The notes under the pieces were generated by a model. The model was not told the origin of the DNA. It did no database searches and saw only the letters and a list, made by a program, of their open reading frames with translations. Shown here piece by piece: positions 50,401 through 63,300 of a stretch of 64,000 nucleotides of DNA; within the stretch, counting starts at the first letter, position 1, and every line of letters begins with the position of its first letter. Location: assembly GCA_964035545.1 (NCBI GenBank), contig OZ037771.1:10358480-10422479 (forward strand). The letters run 5' to 3'. Source of the stretch: Bugula neritina (Eukaryota > Animalia > Bryozoa). Made by a program: the position numbers and the translations under genes.

Positions 50401-52130
50401 ATAAACAGGCTCATGCTGGAGCTGGGCGGGTGACTAAGTGCCTTCAGCTCCAGTGGTATTGGCCCGGGATGTTCGACTACGAGTGCGGAAGTGTGAGGTG
50501 TGCCAGGCTGGTAAGCATGGCCGCTCCACTGAGACCGCAGGGAGGCGTCGCCCCCATGCCGGTCGTCGGTGGCAGATAGTTGCCTTTGATCTGGTGGGCC
50601 CAATGTCCACGTCTGGGAGAGGTAATAACAGGATACTAGTGTTAACAAACCACTTTACGCGGTGGACTGACACTTTGGCCTTTCCGAATGCGTCGGCCCC
50701 CACGGTGGCCAGGGCCTTCGATTAGAATGTGTTCCGTTATTTCGGCTTGCCTGAACAGATACACACTGATCAGGGTGCCCAGTTTCAGTCACAGTTTATG
50801 AGTGACCTCTGTAAGGCGTGGGGGGTTGACCAGAGTTGGGCGACCTCATATCACCCACAAAGGAATGGGGTTGTAGAGCGGAACAACCGTATGCTAGGCG
50901 ACTCTTTGAGGAGTCTGCTACTGGGTAGAAATCAGAAAGAGTGAGACTTGGTGCTGCCGCAAATCATGCCAGCATACCGTAGTGCCCCTCACTCCAGCAC
51001 ACTGGAGACCCCTAACTTTCTCACGCTCGGTAGAAAAACGCGTGTTTCTGAGCATTTAACTTACCATGATCCGTCTCCAGCGAGTAACGTCCACGAGTAC
51101 GTGGATGAGCTCATTACACGAATGAGGACGGCTCACGAGGCTTTACGTAAGCAGCAATGGCAGTTGAGCAGTGGGGACTCTGATGACCCCCCCTTGTATA
51201 AGGTTGGAGACTGGGTCTGGCTGATGAGTCACCGCCGGCAGCGCGAACAGGCGGCTAAGTTACAGCCGAAATTCGTGATTCCTTATTGCGTGACGGAGGT
51301 GATGCCCAATCATACTTATAAAGTGGAACGTTCAGGTCAAGTGTCGATCCAGAACGCGACAGGACTAAAGCAGTACAGGTCGAGCCCTGGTGCAGTAGGG
51401 CAGGCCCCTCTATTCCTAAAACCTATGCGTCGTGCGAATATGAGGGGACGGGCTAAGGCCGACAGAGAGTTAAAGATGATAGTGCAGTGGCTGGAAGAGA
51501 GGCCGGCAGACCGGTCCCGGGTGGCCCCACCACCAGTGGAGCCGGCCAACCCACCTGCAGTCCCTGATGAAATGGAGACTCCTCAAATTCATAAGAATAA
51601 TGCAGCTAGGGAGAAACCACTCATACCGGTGGATTCCCCCACACCAGAGACTCTACCCGTAGTGGTAGACTCACTGGTAGCAACAGCTCCCCCAGTACAG
51701 TTGGAGCGTAGTCAACGTGCTAGAGCCCCTCCATCTTATTTAAAAAAAATTTTTTGCGACTTAGTAGGCCAACATGCCATATTGTCTGTAGAAAGTCATT
51801 ACAATTGCAACCTAGGCTGGGGACGGCAATTGAGACTTGTGTTTCCCAACTGGAATATTATAATTTTATCAGTTGACGTTCTGGTAATTTATTTAAGTCG
51901 TTAACTAATAGTTTTGTTTTATAATGGGGGGGGGGGGCGAAGCCAGCTCGCCGATGGGAAGGGGTATTATGTAATAACTTTCGCCGTGTAGAGCGTTCTT
52001 TTCAATTGTAACTGTCTGGGTGCGAGCACGTACGATGGCAGGCTGGCAACTACAGAGCCTAAGTGGACAGCAGGCTGACATGGCGGCTGTCTTATGGTAA
52101 TTCTGCTAGTGAAATTCTGTTATTTGATTA
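47472..52130 (+). mobile_element. Decayed Ty3/Gypsy element, Gypsy-3, related to Gypsy-2; internal deletion; 3' LTR missing
   Basis: Putative 5' LTR 47472-47912 (TGTAAG...AACA, preceded by ATAT, patchy similarity to Gypsy-2 LTR); PBS TGGTGGCAGCAGTGGGAT 47914-47931; gag/pol colinear with Gypsy-2. Confidence 0.92.
47973..51790 (+). pseudogene. gag-pol pseudogene of Gypsy-3
   Basis: Fragments align to Gypsy-2 proteins (QDAYPL, YLDD, RTDH, HTDQG, KLQPKF, RSQRARAPPSYLK) with many stops and frameshifts; gag knuckle and protease deleted at ~48590. Confidence 0.93.
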
Positions 52131-52330
52131 AAATTATAGAGGGGCATGGGGCAGAGATAGCTTCTTGCGACATCTTGTAAATACTTTAAACGAGCTTTTA
52201 TTTTAAATAGTCTAACAAAGTTTTGACTTTTTCTCTTAATTTTGTTCATGCCTAGTTATGTTATAATCAGCATTTACACTGAATTTTGCAACGTGTTGTC
52301 ATGTTTGTGATATGTAATAAATCAATCAAT

Positions 52331-53643
52331 CAAGTCTCTCTAGGGGCATTTGTATTTTAAAGTTGTCTCCTCCCACATGGGCGAAGTGTAGTCGCTATAA
52401 TACATAGAATAAGCACATAAAATCAGCAAAAATGTAAGGTTTGTGTGAAAACTATTAATAGTATGAGTCTCATTTTTTTCTGAGATTATTATTTTTGCAT
52501 AAGCACACAGGTTAGCTGTGTTAGCATTTTCAATTAATTATACTTACACACTTATGCTATGAAATTAGCTAGACTACTTCAACATCCATCATTTTCACAA
52601 AAAGCATTCTCACAGAACTATAAATATATATTAAATTAATTAATTTTGTAGTATCAAAATGATGTGTGATAGCATGTACACTTAATTATACTCTAAAGAG
52701 TTTATGCCACATTATGTTCAAGGGAACGTGAATGCTTTACATAATTTTATGTTATGGCTGAAACCTCTGTAAAAGAAAAATAATACCAAGAAAAGCAAAG
52801 CTCAGTTTATGCAAAAATTTATTTAAAATATTTTTGTATTTAGGCAGCCGTCTTTTCATTCAATATCATATTGGAATATTTTGTCTGCCCTATATCTTTA
52901 TCATATATTTTACAACAGGTCTAATAGTTTTATTTAAAAGTTTTAATTGAAATGTTAGACTTGATGTTAACTTATATATCCTCGCTTGTGCCTATTTTAA
53001 GATAATAGCTGTAATGTAATGTAGCACAAACTCTTTAAAGTATAATTAAGTGTACATGCTATCACACATCATTTTGATACTACAAAATTAATCTATTTAA
53101 TATATATTTGTAGTTTTGTGGGAACGCTTTTTGTGAAAATAATGGCTGATGAGATAGTCTAGGTATTTTCATAGCATAAGTGTGTAAGTATAGTTAATTG
53201 AAAATGTTAACACAGCTTATCTGCTGTCTCATTCCCAGCAGTGCTCTAAGACTGTGCTAACAGCAGATTCTGACCAAAGAGTTGAAAGGTCAACAGCTAT
53301 AAATTGAACATGACAGCCAGCATAACAAATGATTAACGGGACTTATATCATATAGTTGCCAATTCAGCTTGCTCATGCAGTAGCCAAAACCACAAACGTG
53401 CTTTGAAGTTCACTTTCTCAAGGTTTGTCAGAAAAGATTTTTTTTGGAACTGCTAATCTGTGTGCTTATGCCCAAATAATAATCTTAGAAAAGATGAAAC
53501 TTGTACTAGCAATAGTCTTCACACAAACCTTAAATTTCTACTGATTTTATGTGCTAACTCTATATAGTATATATCATAGAGACTACACCTTGCTCGTGTG
53601 GCAGGGGACAACTTTAAAATACAAATGCCCCTAGAGGAACTTG
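52331..53643. mobile_element. Foldback-type element with ~385-bp inverted arms and a ~300-bp spacer
   Basis: Left arm 52331-~52716 is the reverse complement of right arm ~53017-53643 (e.g. CTCTAGGGGCATTTGTATTTTAAAGTTGTC); the right arm carries an extra 229 bp at 53224-53452. Confidence 0.88.
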
Positions 53644-54611
53644 TGAAATATATTTGTAATTAAACTCTTTCTTGAAAAATTAGTTCCTGGATATTAATAG
53701 TAACTAGACCCACTATAAAAAATTAGCAGCACTACGAGAAAATTTAGAAATGATACATTTGCAATTCAGTTTATTAAAATAAGATTTCGTATGATTTAAA
53801 TTAACTCTGAGTAAATGCTGTTATAATTTTAATTTTCTAGTTGTTGACTTATGTTTTTCGCCTTACTAGGAAAGATACTGCTTTGTAATTGCAATAATCT
53901 AACAAGCTTTAATTTTGTTTTTAAAATAATATTGTGGCGATATCAGTATGCTGATGTGTATGCGCTAGATTTACAAATTTTATTAGTATCACAATCACTC
54001 TAGTTATTTTAGTATCAAATTCTGGGGTCAGTATGAGTAAATATAAATAAATAAAAATATATATAATCTGTAAGTGTAATATTTGCCATTTCAAAGTAAT
54101 TATTTATACTGCCTCTATATAGTATTACACTTTTGGAGTTATCTCTGTTTTTCTAACATAGTGCATCAATACTCACTAGCTCTTCTACATAATAAATTAA
54201 CTGCAAGAAAGTCAAATTACTTTTAGATATTATGTACTCCATTTTAGTTTGTATTAGTCAGTACTTCTAAAATTGTTTTTGTTAAAAAATCACTGACACT
54301 TTTTTATGCAGTATTAAATACTTATATAAATATATCTTAGCTGTCATCTACAGACTGTTTAAGGGTTTTATGTTTAAGCAATTTTATTTTGTAATACATT
54401 TTGCGGGAAAACATGTCTTGAATTAATTTGAAATTGGTGATCCCAAATTGATGATGATGTTTCAAAGTTTGTGGTAATATAAAACTAATAGTAGGCCCAA
54501 CTCTTGTTGACTTTCATTCACTGCGTTTCCATGCAGTCCGTATGAAGTTATCTTCTCTTTGCAATTGTGCCCGCTGGCATAAAATGTAAATTACTATGGC
54601 CAAATTTGAGT

Positions 54612-55108
54612 CAGGGTTGGGGTTAATTACTTGTGAATGTAATTAATAACAATTACATGAAGATTTGTCAATTACAATTACAATTATAATAACAGTTAAA
54701 AAGTAATGTAATCAATTACAATTTCATGCCAATGTAATTAATTACAATTGCAATTACTTTTGTTCTCACAAAGGATACATAGAAGTTATACAATCTCACT
54801 TCTAGGGTCCAACTACTAATGGCAATTTTGACAGTGGTGAACCTTCTTTGGCCTCAACAATGATACTATACTACCTTGACTTAATTTGAACTTGTTATTT
54901 AACAGTAGACGTGGTAGGAAAAGCATGAAATTTTTCAAGGTTTAAAAGTTTGAAGTAATTGACATGTAATCATAAGTTAATTGTAAAAATAAATTACATT
55001 AGATATGTAATTAATTACAATTACATTTGTATTCATCAATTGCAAATTACATTCAATTACTTGAAAAAATGTAATTAATTACAACCCGTTACAATTACCC
55101 CAACCCTG
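54612..55108. mobile_element. hAT-like MITE (497 bp)
   Basis: TIR CAGGGTTGGGGT(T)AATT / AATTACCCCAACCCTG; degenerate 8-bp TSD ATTTGAGT/CTTTGGGT; many subterminal AATTAC/GTAATT motifs. Confidence 0.82.
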
Positions 55109-57052
55109 CTTTGGGTCAGTGTTCATGCCCAATGACAGTGTAATTACAGCTTCTGCCCCCATTTTTGCTAGATTAAATTCATTAAATTCACAAACTGAGT
55201 TAATTTATTTTAAATTAAAAAGCACAAACCAATAAAAGCATAAAGTATTGTGTGACCGGTAAACTAAAGCTTAAGAGTAATTTAAATTTTCAAAATAAAG
55301 ATAGCTGTTAATTTATTTTTAGCTTGGAAATGCTTTAGTTTACAAAAAAGTTTTATAGATTTAGGATGATTAGTAATTATTTTAAATATTAGCAGCTAAG
55401 ATAAATCAAATAACTTGAATGTTATGAGAAATAAGGCACTTTAGTGTAGGTTGTAACTTATAATTATTGTTTACATAGAGTATCTATGTAACTAGCCGCC
55501 ACAACCGCTGATCTTTGCCTCCGCCACGAAAGATTTCATTCTATTTAATCGAAGGGACCATTTCCGTCATCAATTTTTCATATAAGGAGCCGTTAGATAG
55601 AATTTCGGGCTGTGGTTTTGCTTCGATGCAACTAGTTCCATGGGGCGAATGAAAAAATCCATTTGCACAATGCGATAATGGATAATGGAAGCGTAGTGAT
55701 TGTATGCTGGTCTTAGCTGTTGCAGCACACAGCCTAATCACTGAGGCAGTTAAGTTTAAAGTTTAATGGATTTGATAGTAAAAGTAGGAGTTTCATTCTC
55801 TTACCATTCTTTGCAGCACTCTAAAATTCTGCTGAATAACAATTTTTCTGATGTAGATAAGTTTTTTGCAATAGCTTTGTTGAAATAATTATAAATGAAG
55901 TTGATTATTTTCAGCACATATAACTTAGAAAAATGAGTCAATCTATCATAGTGAGTATAGAAGTTTGCATATGGCATTATCAACTATGTTGCTATTGCAT
56001 TTCACACTACAATCTAGAGCATCACTTTCAATAAAGCATGACACTTTCTTTCCATGCTATAACTCATTCTTTCAATTCAATAACTTGTTTGTAGTCATCC
56101 ACTCAATTGTCTCTTTGTGAATGTACATTCTAAAAGACTGCTACACTGCATAAACTATCTAAAAACAGTGTATGCATGCTGCATAATCATATTTCATTGA
56201 TTAATTTATAATAATGATACTATAAATATGAATATAGAAAGACAATTGCTGGAGTTACTATGTAAATAATGGCAACAAAGGTCACTATTGCATAATAAAC
56301 TTGGTTTTGTTTTGATGAAATCTCACACAGGGAGCTATGCAATGCTGTACTTGCACTGTTGGGTTACAAGTTCACATAACATGTTACCTGGTAGACTCTG
56401 AGCTTTTTGTTTTGTTCAGGTGAATATAATGTTCAGATTTATCTTCTATAAACTTGTTAAAAGAATCTTTTATAGATATTTTAGTGTAAATAATATCATA
56501 CCTGTGGGGAGGAGGACAAAAATTTTTTATATCATCTTTAGTGAGAGAGATTAGGTTTTTGTATTACTTGTAGTGAAAGAGCTACTCAATGTCTTAAGTT
56601 TCTATATCTGAATTTCAATGAACAGATCGTGCAATAAACTATTCTTTTTTGAAGTAAGCACTTAATGAAATATTTTTAACTTAGTTACTAAAACTGAATG
56701 TTACATCTTTATTGCTATGCTGTTCTGACGAATTTGTAGCTCATGCTGTGTGCTGTTTATATACATATGTCCATGTAAATTTTCATGACATAGTACATGC
56801 ATTTAAAGTTTGATATTCTATAGCAATGTTTGTAATATTAGTACAAGATTGGTACAGACAATCTTTTTCGGCATGATGATGAATTTTTCATTTCTTTAGT
56901 ATAAATATAAAAAAACTTTAGTATTATGTGTTGGCAAAAATTCATCTAAAGTAGTACTTTAAAGTGTGACATAGAAAATATTAGTTCACAATTGCCAGCT
57001 GTTTTTGACTTTTAATTCACGATATTAGATGGTGTTCACTCTCCTCGTCTAC

Positions 57053-57167
57053 CACTGTTTAGCAAGTAAGAGAGTCACTGTTTAGCATGTGAGAGAGTCA
57101 CTGTTTAGCAAGTAAGAGAGTCACTGTTTAGCATGTGAGAGAGTCACTGTTTAGCATGTAAGAGAGT
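57053..57167. repeat. 23-bp minisatellite x5
   Basis: CACTGTTTAGCAWGTRAGAGAGT at 57053, 57076, 57099, 57122, 57145; alternating variants. Confidence 0.93.
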
Positions 57168-57207
57168 TTGTATAAAGCTATCTGGTATTGTGTTTCATTA
57201 GTGAAGG

Positions 57208-57369
57208 ATGCCAGAGAGTGACCAGGAGTCTTCCACCAACACTGACGATTTGATGATCTCTGGGATACATAGGATTGAAGACATCAGTCCATTGGTCTCC
57301 CCTCTCCTCACTACCCCTCCTACAGCAGCTGAGCAAACACAATCCAAGTCCAAATTAGACATGAACGAG
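57208..57369 (+). CDS. Host gene coding exon 1 (MPESDQESSTNTDDLM...LDMNE)
   Basis: Acceptor TTTCATTAG ending 57201; donor GAG|GTAACT; phase 0. Confidence 0.8.
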
Positions 57370-60300
57370 GTAACTGGAATTTTATCGCATAAAGTATGTA
57401 AATGTAATGCTTGTACCTATTTTATTTGACTCGAAATAAATAGGGAGTCAGTGAAATCGCACAGATACTCAACTAAGTAATAAAATGTCGTCAGTGAGTA
57501 ATGAGTCATTTGGTGAAGCTCTTTATTTACTCATGAGATATGAAGTATAGGGTGCAGTGTGATGCAAGTGTTAAACTTTATTCTGAATGCTCTATTGAAA
57601 TGTGTTGCTGCAGTTTTTATGGTCTCATTTGATGATCATATTGATAGTCAGTACACTATCGAGTACACTAGTCACTACACTATTGAGTACACTATCGAGT
57701 ACACTAGTCACTACACTAGTCACTACACTATTCAGTACACTATTGAGTACACTATTGAGTACACTAGTCATTACACTATTGAGTACACTATTGAGTACAC
57801 TATTGAGTACACTAGTCAGTGCACTAGTCACTACACTAGTCAGTACACTAGTCAGTAGCTATTGAGTACCAGCAGAATTAATTAAGGTGAAAATCCATTA
57901 TTACTGTGTAGTGAGTAAACGGTGAATTACAATCACATCAGCTTCCACTGTTACAGGGCAGGGACAGTGGTCAGGGCTCATCAACAACAGACATACCTGC
58001 AGGCACCTGCTATGGCAAGTCACACCTCAGCGCTGTCAAAGTCTCATCCCACTCACCAAGATCTCGCTCTTTGTCACCTCAGAGGTGAATACTTCAACTT
58101 GCACCTTATCAACCATTATCAACCTTCCATGTTACAATAACATTGATCTGTAAAGTACAAATTTGCTGAAAGCCTTTTCTCTGAAATGCCTCTAGAGATG
58201 GGCCTCTAGTACAAATCAGCTTTGGAAAACCAACTTGGATTTGATGGATTTTCTCTCGGTTTATAGTACTGTATGTGTTGCATGTAACTATTTAAGCGAG
58301 AGAAGCGTATTGGGCTGTTGACTACCATGTTAGTATATTATAGTAATGTTGACTACCATGTTAGTATATAGTAATGTTGACTACCATGTTAGTATATAGT
58401 AATGTTGACTACCATGTTAGTATATTATAGTAATGTTGACTACTGTGTTAGTATATAGTAACTATTTGCTGTGCCTGAAAACAGCTGCTTCAGTTCTAAG
58501 GAATAGTGATTTGATTCTTCTGCTACTGATTATCATATATTTTATCCTTGTTGACTGTACAGCCGTGTGCGCGTCCACTACACTGACTCTGCACGGGAAG
58601 CTCTCGATCTGGCCAATAAGAGTTACGAGAAGCTGGTGGAGGAATCTGATGAGAGACACCATCTGTCTATCTTGCTGAATAAGAGAGATGCCGAGCGAGC
58701 AGAACTGCGTAAGGCAGACCAACAGAAGATGAAACAAAGAGTTGCTCTGTCGTCCAAGGAAGTTGACAAAAGTAAGCCGCTGCATGTGCACACCGGAGCA
58801 CACTCCCACCTTGCTGCTAGCCCTAGTGAAAGGTGATTAACCCTTGACTTAGTTTATTCTGTAACTTAGAAACTGTGCTGTGGGCTCTCATGTTTTCAGT
58901 CGCTTGTATGACTCACTTACGAGGCTAATCAAACTTGAAGAGTTCAAAATAATATTCGACCAATTCAACTGCTCAAATCTTGTAAAGAACTTAAATATAT
59001 ATGTAATGGACAGTTAAATTTGTTAAAATATGGCATTTAGTTAAGTTGTACATGAGATTTACCACTAGTTTTCAGCAACGGATTGTTTTGGCCTTTCCCA
59101 ATATATGTATTATTTTAATGCATATATTGCTCATCTTTAAATGAAAGAAACTTTGACAGGCCCATTTAATCAGCTAAATATTATTACAGAACAACTCAGC
59201 CAATCACTGTGATTCAGGAGCACATCAGGTTTGCTGAGAGTATTCTGGCATCACCTACCAACTCGGAGTCTAGCAAACGGTCGAGAAGTTTTAGTCCGCT
59301 GCCACCTCACGTTGCCCTGTCACCTGCTCACCAGACGGTTCCTCCTGCAACTAGGCCCAGATCTTGCTCTCCGTTGGCCAGGTGAAGAGCAAACCCTTAT
59401 TACAAAATCTGGTGTCTGTGGTCTACTTTGTTGGTGTTAAAATTATAAAACTTGTATTCTAGAGATTAGGTGCCCTATCTGGAAGGTCTTATAACCCAAG
59501 TGAAGTAAATGTAATTTATTGACCATTTTTTTGGTGTCTTGATTTCAATTGCATCCAGTTGTTGAAGCAATGAACCAACTAACAGATCTTCAGTTTCAAG
59601 AGGTACAAGAAATTAGGTTCAGGTTGCCTCAAACCAATTGGTTATCACTGGGTAATGTTCCAAAACTTCCTTTAACCTGAATGTTGACCATACTCTACTA
59701 ATCAATTCATATTATCAATAGCGAGACACATGGACACTGTTTTATTGTTAGAATAGTGAGTGGTGATATTTTTTGTTAGCCGCCAGGTATGATTTCCCAC
59801 TCCTTGGCTGATTTCACCAGTCTACCCTCTACCCAGCACCACTCCTCTTAAATTCGATCAATTCTCTCACTAATTATATCTAAACCAAATTTATTTTAGT
59901 TTTGTTTACACAAAGCATGGCTGTACACATCATATTGATACTTTTGCAATAGTAAAATGTGATTATCAGGCTGATGCACAGATCTCTTGTTTCTCTGTAG
60001 GTGTATACGAGTTTGGTGACCATTGGATAGTTTCTTATTCAAAAAGCTACTGCTATCACTATTCTGTAGAGTGGAAATGGCTTCTACATGATCGTTTACT
60101 TACTTTACTTCTTTTGGTAGTGTTTTGGACTTATGTTATCTAGCAAGTGTAAGCCTATGTGAAAGTAACTTACTACGGCTCTGTTAGTTGTATGAAATAC
60201 CATATTTAGCAGATCGCCAGGCCACAGCACCGCTACCAGCAGCCGTAAGAAGTTGGCGTTTGATGGTGAAAAGAGATCAAACTCTCCTTTGCTCAGTCGC

Positions 60301-63300
60301 AGTGGCAGGGAGAGGAAAGCTCACGAAATTAGAACTCGGGTCAGTTTAATGTGTATTTCCTGTCAGCTAGTGTGACGTGTATTTCCTATCAGCTAGTTGA
60401 CTTGTATTTCCTGTAAGCTAGTATGAGATGTACCAACTCTCCTGTCTACATAGTATAAGGTGTACCAACTCTCCTGTCTACATAGTATAAGGTGTACCAG
60501 CTCTCCTGTCAGCTAGTATGAGATGTACCAACTCTCCTGTCTACATAGTATAAGGTGTACCAACTCTCCTGTCTACATAGTATAAGGTGTACCTACTCTT
60601 CTGTCTACATAGTATAAGGTGTACCAACTCTCCTGTCTACATAGTATAAGATGTACCAACTCTCCTGTCTACATAGTATAAGGTGTACCAACTCTCCTGT
60701 CTACATAGTATAAGGTGTACCAACTCTCCTGTCTACATAGTATAAGGTGTACCAACTCTCCTGTCTACATAGTATAAGGTGTACCAGCTCTTCTTTCTAC
60801 ATAGTATAAGGTGTACCAGCTCTTCTTTCTACATAGTATGAGATGTAATGCGTGTATACCTTCTGAACTTGGAAAGTGAAACTTATGTAGTTAAGCAATC
60901 TTTTAGGACAATTGCATAATAAAATGTTGAGCTGATGTCTATAATACTCGTATAGTTGTACATTACAACTGCCTCAGATGACTATTTGTCTCCCTCTGTT
61001 GCAAATTTCTTGCTATCATGGAGGAAGCAACTTCAATCAAAAGCTAGTTAGTTTTTCAGCTCCCATGCTATGGATTACACTCTGATTCATTTTTATGAGA
61101 ACAAGTTGACATAGTGTTGACTTTTAATCAAGAATTTGTGCTGTTGGAAAAATATAAGGCAGTGTAGAGGTTATGTTAGACTCATGGGAATGCTGCATAA
61201 TTTGCAATGGTTTGTGGGAATGCAGTGCATACCTGGAGGGTGTTTCCGGATTTGTTGGCCTGTAAATGGCTTTTGTGAGAAAATTTTATATTTGGTTCAA
61301 CTATTACGTGAATTAGATGTAATATTTTGATATTCAGTAAGGCTGAAACTCACTAATAGAAGCTTTTGTTTTAAATGTTAATACAATTACCTTTCACTGT
61401 AGATAAAGATCCCCTCTAAACAGGTATTACAATGATATTCTTAGATTCTATAGAATTACATGTAGTATTATTCTTTAGAATTATTTTTTCTATAGAATTC
61501 ACAAAATGTGCAGTTAGTTGAGTGATTCAATGATTTAGGTGTTTGTTTATTCTTGGTTTGGTGACTTAGTTTAGTGGAATGTAGCGATACCTTGTCTGTC
61601 AGTACAGGTAATGTGTGTGTGCATTAGCATCTATTTGTTGATTTGTAGATATTCCATTAATTGTTTTTCTTACTCTGTTAACCATTAAAATAAATATTAG
61701 ATCTCATTAGCTAAGAGTAACAAAGGAAGTAGGTGCAGTAATGGAGAGATTGAGAATAGCCTGTGTTCTAGATTAGAAATGTATATTAAAAGTTATGTCT
61801 AATATTTAATAATAAAATTAAAGAATTTGGGCTATCTCAATTTCTCCACTACTGCTTTTAAGTGCTATCTGTACTCTGAAGCCCTGACCCCTTGTATAGT
61901 ATATTAACACGTGACTCTATCTAATCTATCTAATCTAATTCCCATGTTATAGAATTGTGTCTCTTGGTTTTATAAAATTACATTTTTTTTTGTGTCGGGT
62001 GCAACATTCATGATTCGTGTCGTTAAGTATATTTCAATTTAGATGTTATAGTAGATTCTGTGTTAGATCAGGAGTTTCATGTTACCTTTGCTAGTGTTGA
62101 AAACTATGAGAAGGTATTGAAACAGGGCCTTTTATGACCCCAGTATTGCTCATGATACAATATTACACTTGGAAACATTGGTGCTTTAGTCCACAGCAAA
62201 CAGTACATACATTTTCTTTCAACTTCCCATCTCAATTCTTAAACCTTCCCTTCCTAGTACCTTGTTTCCTGTGATGATATCACTCCATAAACTGATGGGT
62301 GGTCAACATGACCACCCTTAATGCTACAAGGGATTGTCATGGCATGATTCTCTCTTATTTCAGTTCTTTCCTTGTAATCATCATTTTACACACCAGATGA
62401 ATATAACTAATAATGGAAATACCCTAGAATTGTCTCTACACAGGTTTATCTCTTATCTTTATTCAGTTGACCAACGACTTTATTGATGCTACTTCACATG
62501 GCTTGCATCACCCGTCTCACAGAATAACAGCTGACAGAATGGCAGCGGTATCTAGTGGGCATGACCCAGCTGCTGCTTCTAAACCCACCAATATTCACTC
62601 ACCTCAACAGTTGGCGGATATCTATACGACACCAGAAGCAGGTAACTAAGGTAGTTAAGGTATAGAAGTTGAGTAGTTGTAATACATACACCCTGCTACC
62701 TGAATATACCTCAAGTGGTAAGTAACTGCTTTCGTCTCTGCAGACCGGCACGGGACAGCTCACAAATACGGGCCGATGTCCAGTACCCCCCACAAGAACA
62801 GACACGAAGACCTACTGAGAGAGTCTAATAAGCTACATAACACTAGATACCATCCTGATGCTCAAGACAAAGTGAGTTTAGTCAAATGTTGCATAATAAA
62901 TTGAATGTTTAAATAGCAGATGCAGCTCATTCAGGTAGTATATGGAGTCAAGCTCATTCCAGTTTATGGACATGTGAAGTTCTGGTTTTATCCTTTCAGT
63001 TTGTCAAATGTCAGTATTATTTTCTCATATCACTTTAACCATCGAAAAAACTTTTCAAAGTTTTGTTGATAAAAATAATACACTTGTTATGAGGCTACAG
63101 AAGATTATTATCATACATATTCTGTTGTGTTTCGTGATTAGTGTGAGCTGGTAATAACAAGGGAGCTGCTAGTCACTGTTATACTAGGAGAGATTTTGTG
63201 TGTCACCAGAGATGACAGATGGTGAAAGAGCACCTGTTAAACTTGTCAACTGATTGTAGGAAGCACTTGCTGTTCCCAATACACCAAGCACATATATCAG

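Noticed and set aside
55490-55750. CpG-richer patch as promoter or first exon of the host gene
   Set aside because: Plausible by position but no direct evidence from sequence alone
57559-57865. ORFs with YTIE/STLL repeats and the YI-repeat ORF at 63751-63972
   Set aside because: Translations of a 12-bp intronic minisatellite and a (TA)n microsatellite
60352-60846. 32-bp repeats of CRISPR-like length (also the satellite C landmark pattern)
   Set aside because: Head-to-tail repeats without unique spacers, eukaryotic intron context, no cas genes
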